From: Utricularia gibba
Lineage: Eukaryota > Plantae > Magnoliophyta
Direction of reading: 5' to 3'
Length of the DNA stretch: 64,000 nt
Assembly: GCA_002189035.1 (NCBI GenBank)
Contig: NEEC01000010.1
Location: 806,001-870,000, forward strand
Below, piece after piece: positions 28,866 through 42,555 of this stretch. How positions within the stretch are numbered: position 1 is the stretch's first letter; each line of letters begins with the position of its first letter. The position numbers and the translations under genes are program-made. The notes beneath the pieces were generated by a model, which was given only the letters and a program-made list of their open reading frames with translations, ran no database searches and was not told the origin of the DNA.

Positions 28866-29929
28866 CCCCAAATACCAAAGGCACACACGACACTCTCGCT
28901 ACACTTGACGTTGATTATAGTCACCAAATTAAACTAGCGAATCCCATCGTGAACTCCCGAGGGACTGCAATTGAGTCCGCGTCGGTATGAGAATAACAAT
29001 ACCGGAAATTATCAGATAAAATAAAAAATCGGCATCTGAATAGCGCTCAGTTACAGCTTCTTGAAATCCTCAATCGGTGTTTCCGTAGATTCAACGCCTG
29101 AAGAAGAGGTGTAATGCAAGACACGATAGGGGCTTTCCAGGTGTGCTCATCAGAGAGCAGTGAAGATCCGTGGCGTTTGCCAAATCCAAGCGTCTGCAAG
29201 GTAAATCTCGGGGGAATCAAAGAAGAAACGTGTGTTCTATTTGTAGGTTTCCTGATAGACGTTAGCAAATACATTCAAGTCCTTGAATTTCACCTTTTTT
29301 CATTACGCCAATTTAATTATTCATTTTGTATGCCTAGACGCAAAATGAGTAAAAAGTTAATTGTTTTTTTTAAAATACTCAAAGAACAAAATTTTATATA
29401 AATACATATTTTTAATATATTTTACTCCAAAAATACATAAATTTGTTTTAATTTCATTAAATATATCTATTCGTCATTTATTTTAACTATATTTAAATAA
29501 ATATTTTTATGAAACTAAATATAATTTTAATGATTTTTTAAAGTATTTAACATGGATGTTTGAAAAAACAGTTGGAGGATGTAATTTTATAAAGTCAAAT
29601 ATATCTAAGTATTTGAAATTTACTTTAAATATAATTAATATAGAATTTTAAATCAAAATCACATGAATGGAAGAAAAAGGAGACAAACAAAATACCAAAA
29701 ATTATTTAAAAACTTGAAAACTAACCCATTAAAAGATGAAATTCAATCAAAACTTGTGATCTCTTTATTTTCTAAAATCATTGTATCTTATTCCTATCTT
29801 ATCTGGATTTTCATTACTTTTTCTAACTATCATATCTTATTTAGATTTAATCTCACATATCTAAGATTTACCTATTAATCAAATCTGTCGTATCCTATGA
29901 ATCTCCTTGTGCATTTCATGAGCCTCTAC

Positions 29930-30660
29930 CTTGGCACACTAGGTGGGGATCTCAATTAAGGTTCTTACATCCTCCCTCCCTTGGGCGCTTCCTTCCAAAG
30001 CGTTCCCATCGAACAATTCCGGAAACTCCTTGTGCACTATTGCTTCTTGCTTCCATGTCACTTCGTTAGTACCCCCAGCTCACTTAGATTATCTTCACCC
30101 AAGGTCTCATCTTCTTGTTAGAGACTTATCACTCTTTGATCTATAATACGTCTGATTGTGATTGGCACACCAAGTTGTCTCGTAGCACAAACTCATCCGA
30201 TTGAATCAATGCCTCGAGTCCTAGCACAAATCATCTTAGATAGGACACATAGAAGATATCATGCATCCCCTTCATGGTCGTAGGCAACTTTAATTGGTAT
30301 GTCACCTCTTCAATCCATTTGAGCACCTCATATGGTCCACGTGGTACTAATTTGTCAAACCTCTTCCCTTGCATGATCCCCTTCCAGGCAAAGGACCTAG
30401 GTAGCCTATCATGTATTCTAATGGTCTTCTTCGTACATCTGCTCAACTCTTTTGTCTATTTTGTACCATTCTCAACATCTCTTTGATAATAGTTATTAAC
30501 TCATTGATTTACTTTGCATAAGTACCCAACATTTTACTCTCACCTACCTCATTCCAATGTAGAAGTATCCTATCACCTACCTCATTCCAATGTAGAGATA
30601 TGTGACATCTTCATCCATATAAGGCCTCGTAAGGTGCCATCTTGAACCACTTATAAGTTT
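29930..30660 (-). mobile_element. Degraded Ty3/gypsy chromovirus (Tekay/Del-like) integrase C-terminus and chromodomain remnant
   Basis: KMAPYEALYG, GPYEVLKWIEEVTYQLKLP...HDIFYVSYLR, and a chromodomain-like TWKQEAIVHKEFPELF. Confidence 0.75.
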
Positions 30661-32246
30661 GACCACTCTTTTTGTTTATTTCACATATTCAAGTAAAAAT
30701 TTTTCATTGAAAATAAACAATTTTATCACATATTTAATCAATAATGAATATTTGTATTATATATTCCAAAACTCAACAAATCAATATTTTTTAATTCTTA
30801 ATACTTTAGGTGTCGAGGTCCAAATTAACACTTTATAAATTTAGACCTTGATGTCATGTTCCCAAAAGTAACATAAGGTCTTATTATCATATCAACTTAA
30901 ACTGATAGAAAGATTGAATTAGTTTAGGTTACATCATATAGTAAGAGGTGAAGCAAAAAAAAGTAATTCATATACTCATTATACAACATGATGGACAACA
31001 TAATATTATAGCTGGCATGAATCCCTATACAGACTTAACAATTCAAGAATTCACAAGACAACCTAGAAACATAAGAACTAGTTTGGATGTGAGCTCTACT
31101 CTGAATGATCGAGTTAAGCCCACAACTAAGAGGCTCCAAAATGATTGACAATGAGATCCTTTTCCCTACAACCTGGAACACAGCATCTAGTCTTGTCTTT
31201 TCTGGTCATTTCCTAGAATAATTAGGGGTCAAGGCACTGAATGCAACCAATTGAAAAACCCTTTCTGGTAATTTGAGGGAAGCTCCAATAGAAAAATATT
31301 GGAAGGGAAAAATAGTTCGAAGATGGGCCCGTTCCCATGCAATAGTGAGGAGTAATAACATTTGATATATTATGAGTCCATTAACTATGTGACCATTTAC
31401 GTGCATGGTTGCACTCCCTTAGTCTAAGTAACTTTAGTCTGGCAACCTTAGAAGCTAAGATCAAGAAGTTCATTTTGGCTTTGACCTTATGAAATCAATA
31501 AAGGGGTGCCACCCCTTTTACCATCCATACAATTGCAGCCCCTTTGCTCTTTTTCCATTCTTCAACCTCATACCATTTGGTGGCTAAAACTACATAAGGA
31601 GTTGCCTCAAGCATGCTTGATATATAAGAGTGTGCATCAACGGCTCCTCATAAATTTTCTACTTCAAAATATTGCATCTTGATCTCATAACACATCACAA
31701 TACACATGAAAACCATGTCATATTTCCTGAATCTTTTCTTAAAATTACTAAATAAAAATCATTTGAAAGCTAGGGAGTAGAGCTTTATTCAATAATAGAA
31801 ATAACAGAAATTCAAGCACCCGGTAGAAAGTTATGAAATTAAGAGTTTGGACTCAAAAATCAGTTTCTGGGGCTCGACAGATTTTAAAAGTTTTAATAGA
31901 TAAATCTATAAATCCATAACATCCTACTTCCATCTCCAAACCAATAAATTCTTCTTGAAACATAGACAAAGGATAAGGAAATGTCATATTAATCATACTC
32001 CATGAAACATAACAAATCAACACATAAAAGTGATGAAACACATAGAAGCATAGATTTACACGTAGATCACAACACATAAATTCAGAACCCATAATCCTGC
32101 TTACCTTTGTACAAATCGGCCTCTTCCAAACTCAAACTCTTCGTAAACGTCTATCTCTAAACTTGAGGAATCTCATGACTTTGAAACCACTACACAGCTC
32201 TTAGCAAACCAAACTTCACAACAGTTCAAACTGTTTTTATAATATC

Positions 32247-34036
32247 TGATAAACGAAAAATATTGCAATGTCGTTAATTTATAAATTTTTCTATCAAATA
32301 AAATTTATAAACCTAATTCACATCAAATCATATGAAAAATATGAGCATAGAGGATTAGGGCTGAACACAAGAAGTTAGATGCTTGCTATATGAAAGTCAA
32401 TATATATAATCAGTGTCACGTTAATAGATTTGATTTTAACAAGGTAAAGTTGCGATAAAATACAGTAAAGAAAAGTGACATACTTGTGAACTCGATTGTA
32501 CCTAAATGAGATGGGTGTGCCTTGGGACTCCTAAGGCTCGCATGCTTATCATTAAAATAACATCACATATACCACAAATCATATATCTAACAAGCAAAAG
32601 TCTAGGTGATGAGCCCCATGAAGATAATGAAGTGTATTTGAAGAATGATGAGGAGTTTGTCCAAGTGAACACATTAGAAACAAAGATGATTCCACCAGGA
32701 CCAATGACTAGGAGCAAGACAAAGATGGTTGAAGATACACTTAAGGCTCTACTTAATACCATTGGAATCAAACATGGGCTTGAAGACATCCCATCAAAAG
32801 AGCTCAACTACTTGAAGGTGGATTTACCTTAAAGCATTGGGCTTGCTAGACTTTTCTATTTCATTTAGTTTGGGCTATATAATGTTAGAGCCCAATTCTA
32901 GAGTATAAATACTCTAGAGATGTTCTATTTCAGGACTTTTAGTCATTTTTCATGTATGTGGTGAGGATTCTCCTCCTCTTTGAGTGCTTGTATACTCTTA
33001 ACTTATCAAGCTTTGAACTTGTGGCGTTCTAGGATTATCACTTCCAATCACTTCTCTTTTCTGAAGTGTGGCTGCTAATTTTCTTTGTTTCGAAGTTTGG
33101 TTGCATGAGATTCATTCTCTTGAGGGTAGACTTGAGTAGGTTACTTTCTAAGCTTCAGAATCATCTCTTGTTCGTGGGTTGCTAATCTCAATAGATTAGA
33201 GGGTCACATCACTAGATCTACCAAAACTATTGTTTTCCCCCTAATCTTTGGTCTACATCTAATTAGAGTTGTTAAAATGAGTGTCACTACTTCCACCTCC
33301 TGAACCTATCCTGGTTTGTTAAGAAAGTGGTGTGATCTATTGTTAGCAAGGTCAAATGATTGACTAGCACATTACACCCTTTTTCCCCAAGTTACCCTTC
33401 TAAGTGCTTAGCCACTCATAGCAAGGAAAAGTAAAACATTTTTATAACACATTCTAAACAACATTCTAGTCTCAAAGTTAAACAACAACAAAAGATGTAT
33501 AACAGAGCATAAACAGTAAAATGTTCACTTAGGGAAAACTAAAACTAAAACTAGTCTCAGCTAGAAATAGTGTTCGTCAAGAATGAAAGAAAATCTTCAA
33601 AAGGGAAACTTGTTCTTCTGGATCATCATCCCCTCTCTTCTTGAAGTTCTTGTGGTCGGGGGATCTTTTTCCAGAAGTCCCTATTCTCGTTCAAAAATGG
33701 TCTTCTCCTTCTTCTCTCTCTCTCATCATTTCCAAAAATCTCCTTTTCCTCTTCCTTAGGATTTGTTTATACTTCATCCAGCTTTTTGCCCATATTTTCT
33801 ATGATTGCACTGTTCTTTTCTGGCTTCTCGGGATTTGGGGTGGCTTTCAATCGCTGCATTGCTCAAAGTAACTATTAGAAACAAGGTTGAGACTAAATCT
33901 ATGTTTGTACTTCATCCAGCTACATACGACTGCCGAGTTAGTTATAAAAACATAGGAATTCATGCTAGAACTCGAGTTTTGTGGCAAAATATTAGAAATT
34001 TTCCTACTCTTAAATATTCAAAAATATGTGTTATTA
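32247..34036. mobile_element. Athila-like solo LTR (copy A, ~1.18 kb net of the nested insert) with perfect 5-bp TSD ATATC
   Basis: atatc|TGATAAACG...GTGTTATTA|atatc. Homologous along its length to 55385-56559. The family call rests on resemblance of termini and size only. Confidence 0.8.
32607..33211 (+). mobile_element. CRM-type (centromeric retrotransposon clade) solo LTR nested in copy A
   Basis: TGATG...CATCA termini and TSD ctagg/ctaga. The uninterrupted site in copy B reads agtctaggtctacc. It encodes the CR-motif-like peptide GPMTRSKTK...LKALL. Confidence 0.8.
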
Positions 34037-34539
34037 ATATCCCTATAATCAGATCCCCCACATTTTTCTCCTTTTCAAAAATGCTTTTCCTTTCATCTAT
34101 ACTCCTTTTATAATGTTAGTCATGCTTATATGTTATTCCTCTAATCGAGACACATGTCACCACAATCAAAACACATGGCATTTTCTTAATCTGCATGAAA
34201 CACACGCCAACACCATATTAAAACACATGGCGCTCTCTAATTGGCCAAGCTGCATGTTTTATCTATGTTGTCGTGAGCTAATTAAAACCCATGGTGTTTT
34301 CTGATTAGTCATGGTTGCATGTATAATCTTTCTCTATTCTATCTTTTCTTTTCCTCATATTCTAATTCTAATTTGAAATATCACATTCTTTTGTAGGGAG
34401 TCATGCTAGCTAAACTATTATATTGTCCACCATGTTGTATAATAACTATGTGAATTACTTTTTTTTTGCTTCACCTCTTACTATGTGATGTAACCTAAAC
34501 TAATCCAGTCTTTCTATCAGTTTAAGTTGATAGGATAAT

Positions 34540-34905
34540 ATGACCTTATGTTCCTTTTGGGAATATGGCATTAATGTCTAACTTTATAAGGTGTGGATTT
34601 GAGTATTGACATTTTGATATCAACGCCAAACCTGGGCTCATGCCAATGGTGGGATGAGGTGGCACTTAGCAAGGACATTGAGTGTCTAAGAGAGGGTTAA
34701 TGTAAGGTCAAGGGCCTAATGATGGTTATGATATCCCACATTGGTTACGGATGGGGATGGAGACATGTTTAAATTGAGAGACTCTATTAATTTTGCATGA
34801 GGTATTTTTCTTAGAAGGGGAGAACATAAAATCGTGAGAGTTGAATGCCCGAAATGGATAATATCGTACAAAGTGAGGGTGGATTGTGATATTAGGGTTT
34901 GGAAA
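34540..34905 (+). mobile_element. Degenerate TRIM-like element
   Basis: PBS-like tgatatcaacgcca, internal agcaaggacattgag...aagagagggttaa (PPT-like), and LTR-like atatcccacattgg...ggataatatc. These resemble eudicot TRIM consensus features from memory. Confidence 0.45.
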
Positions 34906-36023
34906 ATATTCCTATATCAAATTTTTTATTTAGAAAATACGTGTACATATGTGCCCCTAAATCATATTTAATAAAAATATATTAGATATTTAAATATATT
35001 AAAAGTAAACATATATGCACATATTCGGAACATAATACATTTCTTTCTTTTTACAATTTGATTCATGTCAAAATGGTTAGATTTTTATATGTACCAAGGC
35101 ATCCCAAACCTAAAGCAAAAGGTAGGGCACAAAGAATACTTGAAGGTTTAAAGCCGAGAACCCTATCTTATACTTGGAAGGAATATACAAGATTTTGGTA
35201 GCTTTAGTTGAAGTTGAAAAAATTACGCCAATAGAATGTTGTGTTTGATGGGCCATAATCGAAAAAAGAACATTTTTTATTTGAAATTTAGGTTTAATTC
35301 AATTTATGAAACAGATTGTATATAAAATGAGTTTATTAATTTTTTTTATAATTTTTAATACATTTGATATTTTGAAATAATTATTTTATATAAAATTTCG
35401 AAATCCAAAATTTCTCTGAGTTTAAAACTTTGGTATATATTAATACATTCCATTTCATTTTCAGCCAGCACAAAGTCATATCCACACAATGCCTTGAGGG
35501 ACTCCACATAATCAATCTTTGCCACGAAGAAGACGAAGAGCCTCGCGGAGTCGACATTACATGAGACAATGGTCTGCAAGCCGCTTCAGGAATTGGGTTC
35601 CCGTGACTGTGCAGCAGATGAAGTGAAAAGAACGGTGGCATGAGAATCCATTCTAAAGCACAGCCTGCTGCTTTAGGCGCAGCGAAGTTGTCTGAAAACG
35701 GAAATGGAATATGAGAAAAAAGAAGGGCCTGCAACTGAAGTAAACAAACGGACACGATTCTCTTGTCATGTCATCATTCATCCCTTGGATTGGATTGGAT
35801 GCTCTGTTTCAGTGCCTTTCTTCAAGATTCTATTCCTTCTTCTGTAACTCTCAGCCCTTCCTTCCATATAACGCATCCAGGAGCGCAAGAAGAGCTCTGG
35901 AGGGAAGAAGACAGGATCAGTAGGAGCCATTCATTCACCTCTCTCTATCTGAAGGAAGGTACAAGCTATGTGACTAGGATGAGGAGACTGACGCGGTGTA
36001 AGTCTTATGGAAGTGACTGAAGC

Positions 36024-37399
36024 ATGTACCATCAGCGCCAGCCGGGCCAGAGGATGACTCCTGAGAGGCAGTTGTTTCCTCGAGGCATGAGCGAGGTATC
36101 TGGGGATGCAGAGCTTGTTCTCTCGACTGATGCGAAGCCGAGGTTAAAATGGACACCGGACCTACACCAGCACTTTGTAGAAGCAGTTAATCATCTGGGA
36201 GGAGCAGAGAGTAAGCATAGAGAAAATGATTATTTCTACTGCACTCAGTTGCTTTACATTGTTCATAACTTACAGAGGCAACACCGAAGTCAGTGTTGAA
36301 ACTGATGGGAATAAAGGGATTGACCTTATATCACTTGAAGAGCCACCTTCAGAAGTATAGGATGACTAAAAGCCTCCACAGGCAAGCAAATGTTACAAAC
36401 AGCAAAGCAGGTAATGGATCCTGCATCCTCTGGAGTTTAGCTTTGATGATTGCTGATTAATCATGTTTAAGGAAATGATGACAGCCATTGGGACAAATGC
36501 TACCAGCATGAGCAACCAAAGCACCGCAGCTCAAACAAATAAGTTAGTGTTAAAAAAGTTCCACACATTTCCCTTGTCATTTATCAGCTGAGATATGACT
36601 GAGAGTTACGCATGTCAGAAATCTTCACCTAGGTGATGCGATACAGATGCAAGAAGGAGCACAAAGAAGGTTGCATGAACAGCTAGAAGTAAGAACAAGC
36701 TCTCTACCTTCACCAAAAACCGCATTTCTACAGTTGGCTTACAGCCATCATCAGGTACAACGACACTTGCAGCTGAGGATGGAGGCCCAAACTAAGTATT
36801 TGAAGTCCGTACTTGAAAAAGCAGAGAGAACCCTCGCTGGGCAGGACCCTAAAATTAAAACTCTGGGACAGAAGGTTAAGTTTGATCTGCTGCCGCATGT
36901 TTCCACACAATTCCACAACTCTGAACTTCCAAGGTTTAAAGAGCATAAGGAGTATTTCCTGCAGAAACATGTAATACCTCATGTACCTGCACATCCAATC
37001 GATAAAGAATCATCCAGCGGTCCGATGGATGTTAAGGCGATCAATAGTGATGCCCCTGCAGATAGTGACAACGAAAACTTCATGCAGAAAAGACACAGTG
37101 TTTGGACTGAAGATCAGAAAGATCGTCGAATTTTTTTTTCACCCGCAAACCACAATGCTGAAAAAGGATCTGCAACAGATGTGAATTCCACCAAATTGTC
37201 AATGAGCATTGGCATTCGGGAGAGCTCATGGAAAAGTAACATCACCTACTCAGAAGAACGAACTGACGCAATCAATAAAAATGCATCAGGTCCACAGAAG
37301 CAGTCGTGTTCCTCAATGCCAGACTTCTACATGTACAAGGAAAACAACAATACATCAAGTCACATGAATTTCGATATAAATGGCTTCCTCTGGAACTGA
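36024..37399 (+). CDS. MYB-CC (PHR1-like/GARP) transcription factor, MYR1/MYR2-like, 5 exons
   Basis: Exons 36024-36210, 36276-36410, 36485-36542, 36619-36688, 36755-37399, all phase-consistent. Motifs LVLSTDAKPRLKWTPDLH, LTLYHLKSHLQKYR, LHEQLE-VQRHLQLRMEAQ. Confidence 0.9.
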
Positions 37400-37934
37400 G
37401 GAAAAGTTCTATAAATCCATCTCCCAATATTTTCTTCAGTCCAAAAAAACAAGAGAGCTTCGTGTTTTTATCCACTACACAAAATATATATACACGTATT
37501 GATTCAAACACAGAAGTCGCAAACCCGTGGAGATACTCTAGAGAGAAAGCCACAGCATTATCTTGCGAGTCGAAACAGAAGATGTAATTAATAAACAGGT
37601 GGCTCAACTCTTGCGGCAGCAGCAGGGACAGAGGTGGGGCGGCAGTGGACAATTCAGCATCCGCCATGTCTTTGTTTAAGGGCCAGAAGAACCAGGTCTC
37701 TCTGTTCGCACGTAATGAAGAACCCATGCTGGTTTTGTATGAGCACAACAGTTTTTGGAATAAAAATAACACAAAACATCAGCTTGTTTGCTCAAGCAAG
37801 AAAATAACACACGCTTGTTTGTGTCACAAAGTTACTTGCAAGTTTTCCCTTGTTCTGATTCAATTAACAAGTTTGGTTGAGGAAGCTCGTTGGCGGGCAT
37901 GCATATGTAAAGAAAAAAAGTAAATATAAGTGAT

Positions 37935-40900
37935 TCATGGATCATGTACATGAGCGTCGGGAGAGAGTGTGAGGATAACTGTAGAGTAGCTAAGCATGGG
38001 GTACATGTTGTTATCAAGAAAATGAGCGTACTGTCTCAGAGCAATCTCCCGTTGAGGAAGCTCATCGGCAAGGAAATCGAATGGTGCCGGTTTTGCAGTG
38101 TCGACCAGTGGCTCCCACCGGTAGCCTGGTCGCTCAGGCAATGCAACTGTTACACAAACATGGCTGGCATTGAAAGCGATGTATAATTCTCCCTTCGCTG
38201 CATCCACCTGTTTTATCGATCACTCACAAGGATGTCACACGGAAGTAACTAAAAATTAAGTCTCTTGTTCTGAATGGATGATTGTTTGTGTACCAGTGTG
38301 AACGCAACAAATCGGCTTGCATCAGACCAATCAGGAGTCCCTGGTGAATGACCATGCCACTGAACCCGCTCTGCCGTTGGGAAGTCGTTCAAGCCAAGAG
38401 ATTCGCATTCACTGAAATGAAACATGAAGCTCAGTCCACTTTATTGCAGCCATAACTCGATAGAGAGGAGGTGATGTGTTCTTACTGGCGAAACTTAATC
38501 ATGAGGCGGCAGAACCTCAAGAAGTCTGATGAGGCTTCCTCCATCTTATCCCAGCGAAAGTAGTTTATCTGCAAATGAAGAATAGGTTTTAAATACATGG
38601 AAAGCGAGAAAAGTCCGAGCTTCAAGCTCAATATGCTTACAAAATTATCATGGCAATATGTATTGTTGTTTCCGCCTTTTGTATGGCCATATTCATCCCC
38701 CATGTGTATCATAGGAACACCCTGATCGTCCAAACCATGCAATCAGAATCTGAGGTATACGTTATGCTTCCAATAAAGTGAACGATGCGAGCTTTCTTAC
38801 TTGAGAAACCATGAGGCAAGTGAAAAAATTCTTCATTTGGCGTCTTCTCAGTTTCTTCACTTGTGTACCAGCAAATTCTCCTTCCTAAGAAAAACAGGGA
38901 GCATAATCCCATCAAGAACACAACTTTTCAACTAAACATAGCGAGCCTACAATAATTACTGAAAAAATAGCGGATGGAAATAGTTGAAGGAATTTCTGAG
39001 TACCTCACCACAATTCCAGCTGTTGTTATGATTCTCACCATCTCGATTGTCTTCTCCATTAGCCAGATTGTGTTTGTTATTGTATGTGACCAAATCAGCT
39101 AAAGTAAAACCATCATGGGCACAGATAAAATTGATACTGTGCCAAGGTTTCCTTCCTCCTTCCTGGTGTAGATCAGTTAGGATAATCAATAAACAGTTTC
39201 AAATTTAAGGCCCTCTGCTGTGTAAAGAATAAAGAATGAGATCATATGGGTTGTCAATTGGACGTAATGAACTCTAGGAAAAAAGTTGGTAAAAATTGAA
39301 GCAGACTACAAAAGAACCAGAAAATCAGCACACAAGTATACTTGGAATTCAAATACTGCCTGGAAAAGGTACCTGGTATAAATTAGGGCTGCCACAGAGA
39401 CATTGAGCGAATGCTCCAGAAAAACCATCTGTCCCCTTGATGAATTGCCTCACAGTATCACGGTACTGAAAAAAAAAAATGACTTTGCTATTGAAGCAGA
39501 CAATCTCTATTCTCTGTTTAATGTGTACACAAGGAACAGCTGTAGACAATGGGAAAGGATTCTATGTAACTTGCAATAAGAAGATCCTCGAGACGTTAGA
39601 TGACTTACCTTGCCATTCCATTCTGACCAAACACCCCGGTGAGGAAACATGCCAACTTGATAGAGACCTCCACAGTCCCAAGCCTCAGCTATGAGCTGGA
39701 ACAAAGAAAAACTCTTTTCTCTGTCGGACTGATAGTAATTAATCTCTTTTTAACAACTATATTGCTGGCATTCGGTCCATATCATTGACAGCAAACCAAG
39801 CATCAGGCTACCAAATAATCACAGACCTTTACTCCACGAAGAATGGGGTCACAGCTGATCATGTCGATTAATGGGGGAGCACTGAGAGGAGATCCTGTAC
39901 TGAGCTTCTCATCATCAATTGGAGCTCCATATACGTTAACTGCATCCCACAAACTGAAACACACCAAACCAAGAGGCAGTAAAAAATCAGCATTAATGAG
40001 AGTTGAGGGACTGCTCAGAGTAGTCAACCTGCTGCTCCTTGTCAGAATAGATGCAAGATCAAATCGAAATCCATCAACATGCATTTCCACAACCCAATAT
40101 CTGTTGATAATCATGACTAAGATAAATAAATATATCTGAGAAACATCATTATTAGGAGAATCAAATGTCAACAGTGAAAAGATACTTCGAAAAAAAAATG
40201 ATTAAAATTGCAAAATATTGATAAATCTTACAAATTTGAAAAACTTGAACCTTTTATAATTTCCATACAACAGAAAAAAGGGTTTATGGAAAAAGAATCT
40301 GAAAGGAATAACCTCAAGCAGTCCAGGATAAATTGCCGTACAACAGGGTGATTGCAGTTGAGAGTGTTCCCACAACCTGAATAATTGTAGTATTCACCCT
40401 TGGAAAAAAACTAAGTTATTCAGAAAGCACATTCTTTCAAATGATATTTTGAGGAAAAGGAACTTTCGAACCCAGTATGTGTTTTCCTGGAAAAGCAAGA
40501 AGAGAGCCCAAACAAACTGAAGGCAACAAACCTTGGGAGCAAGCATATAAAAGACACTATTGTCAAGACCTCTGAAGGATAATGTAGGCCCATTCTCGTT
40601 TCCTTCAGCAGTGTGATTGAAGACAACATCCATAATCACCTACAGTACCAATCACAAATGAAAACTTAGTCAATAAAATTCATGCAATAGAAAATTTTAC
40701 CTCGATTCCTCGCTTGTGTGCTTCTCGAACAAGATACTTAAATTCATTCACTGCACCAATTCCATAATTACCAGCACCAGCATAAGAGTATCTCGCCATT
40801 GGTGAAAAGAAATTGATTGTTGAATATCCCCAATAGTTCATTCTGCACGAACAAGAACTGTATTAAAACTAAAGAATTAAATAATATGGAGCAGGAAAAA

Positions 40901-42555
40901 TTATCAGTTTTCAAGTGCAAAGGGAAACTATGAAGTCACAATTTCACATCTCGTTCACAAAATAAATTCCAGGAAAAAGAAGGGGGGAAAATGCCGGGTG
41001 TGGCAAGAAAAAATGAAACTGGCCAAACATGTACTCAGATAGATAAAACATGTTAAACTATCATCCTTATTCTCAAACTGAAATAAACACTTTTCACTTT
41101 CTTTACAAGAAAAAAAGGGAGAGAAGCAATGATGCCGATGTTACTTGTAGTCACCCAATACTGAGTTATAGCTATAGTACTCCAATTCATTGAACTCATG
41201 GCAGGGCATTAGTTCAATGCAGTTGACGCCAAGTTTCTGCAGGCAAACAAAGCAAAATCAGAATAATGAATTAACTTTATGGGATGAAAAGTTGCAGTCT
41301 GAGCATATTTTTGTCAACAATGGTAATCGTGTTTCAGAATAGGTGATATAAAACACCAAGAAAGAGCAACGTAAAAAAAGATCAATTTCCACCTTCAAGT
41401 ATTCAAGTTTCTTCACCACCCCAGGGTATGTACCCGGAAATTCAGACATGCTCGATTCATGCATTGTGAATCCACGGACATGCATTTCATACACAATCAG
41501 CTTTGCCTGTGGGAGCTTAAGAGGCAAATCTCCTTCCCAGTCAAACTGAAAAATCAGAGAGTAGGTGTATGGTGAGGTAATTACATCATAAGAACTACAC
41601 TCCATGATTCAAACATATATCATTCACGGAAGGCATTCAACAATGAGATTATATTAATCCAAGTTTAGTACCTCGTCGCTAGTGGAAGGCACCACTGCAG
41701 CCATCTGAGGCCAACAATTCCCATCAGGTCCTAAAGTACCGTATTTCCCTCTGCTTACAACGGCCTAATTTGAATACCAGAGTCAGATAGAGACAAAACC
41801 AGTCGATGGTGTTTGCTTCATCTCCAGAGATATGATAAGTAGAAAAAAAGGCATTATCTTTATGTAAGACGACAGATGATAGAGACCTTTGCATATGGAT
41901 CAATTAGAATTTTTGAAGAATCAAAGTAGAGACCATCTTCCGGTGAGAAACTCCCATCAAATTTGTAGCCATAAGTCATATCTTCAATATCACCTTTCAC
42001 GAAAACATGCCACACATCACCTGTTCTATTGATCAGGGGATCAAGATTGATTTGCTCACTCACCCTTCCCTGCATTAAGATTTCCAAATTCGAAAGGCGT
42101 CACACAAAGGAGTTTTTTCCCGCAAAAAGAAGTAGGCGCTATTTTTTCTTTCCACTTGGCTAGTTCACAGAAAGACATTACCTTGGCCAAGTCAGTAAGA
42201 GTGATCAAACAGAGTGTGGCTGATGAAGCATTACTCGAAAAAACGGAGAAATTGACTCCCCATCTCTGGGAGTCGCACCAAACGGCGTCGGGTAACCAGA
42301 ATAAACCTCTAAGCGACGCTCCTTGACTTTAGGTTTCCCCACCAACGTGGCTATCTCCGCATCACCTCTTTCACTCACATTACTCACGATCACAGAATGT
42401 TTTGCGACTCGTTCGCTCATCACCCCATACTTATACGGAACACCGACGTTAAACTTGTTCCCCCGGCAAGGAAAACGGCTCCGCAAAACCAATTCAGGCC
42501 GGTAAGAACTCGACACCAATGAAGCCTGAATCAGCGTCGCTTCCATTTCAACCAT
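37935..42555 (-). CDS. ISA1: Isoamylase 1, chloroplastic (GH13 starch debranching enzyme), multi-exon
   Basis: Transit-peptide-like N-terminus, [36 protein letters not shown], and catalytic [10 protein letters not shown] / IAEAWD / [11 protein letters not shown]-terminal LYIAFNASH...[11 protein letters not shown]. Confidence 0.95.

Noticed and set aside
31200-31700. Coding remnant of unknown TE
   Set aside because: No recognisable motif in any frame I translated.
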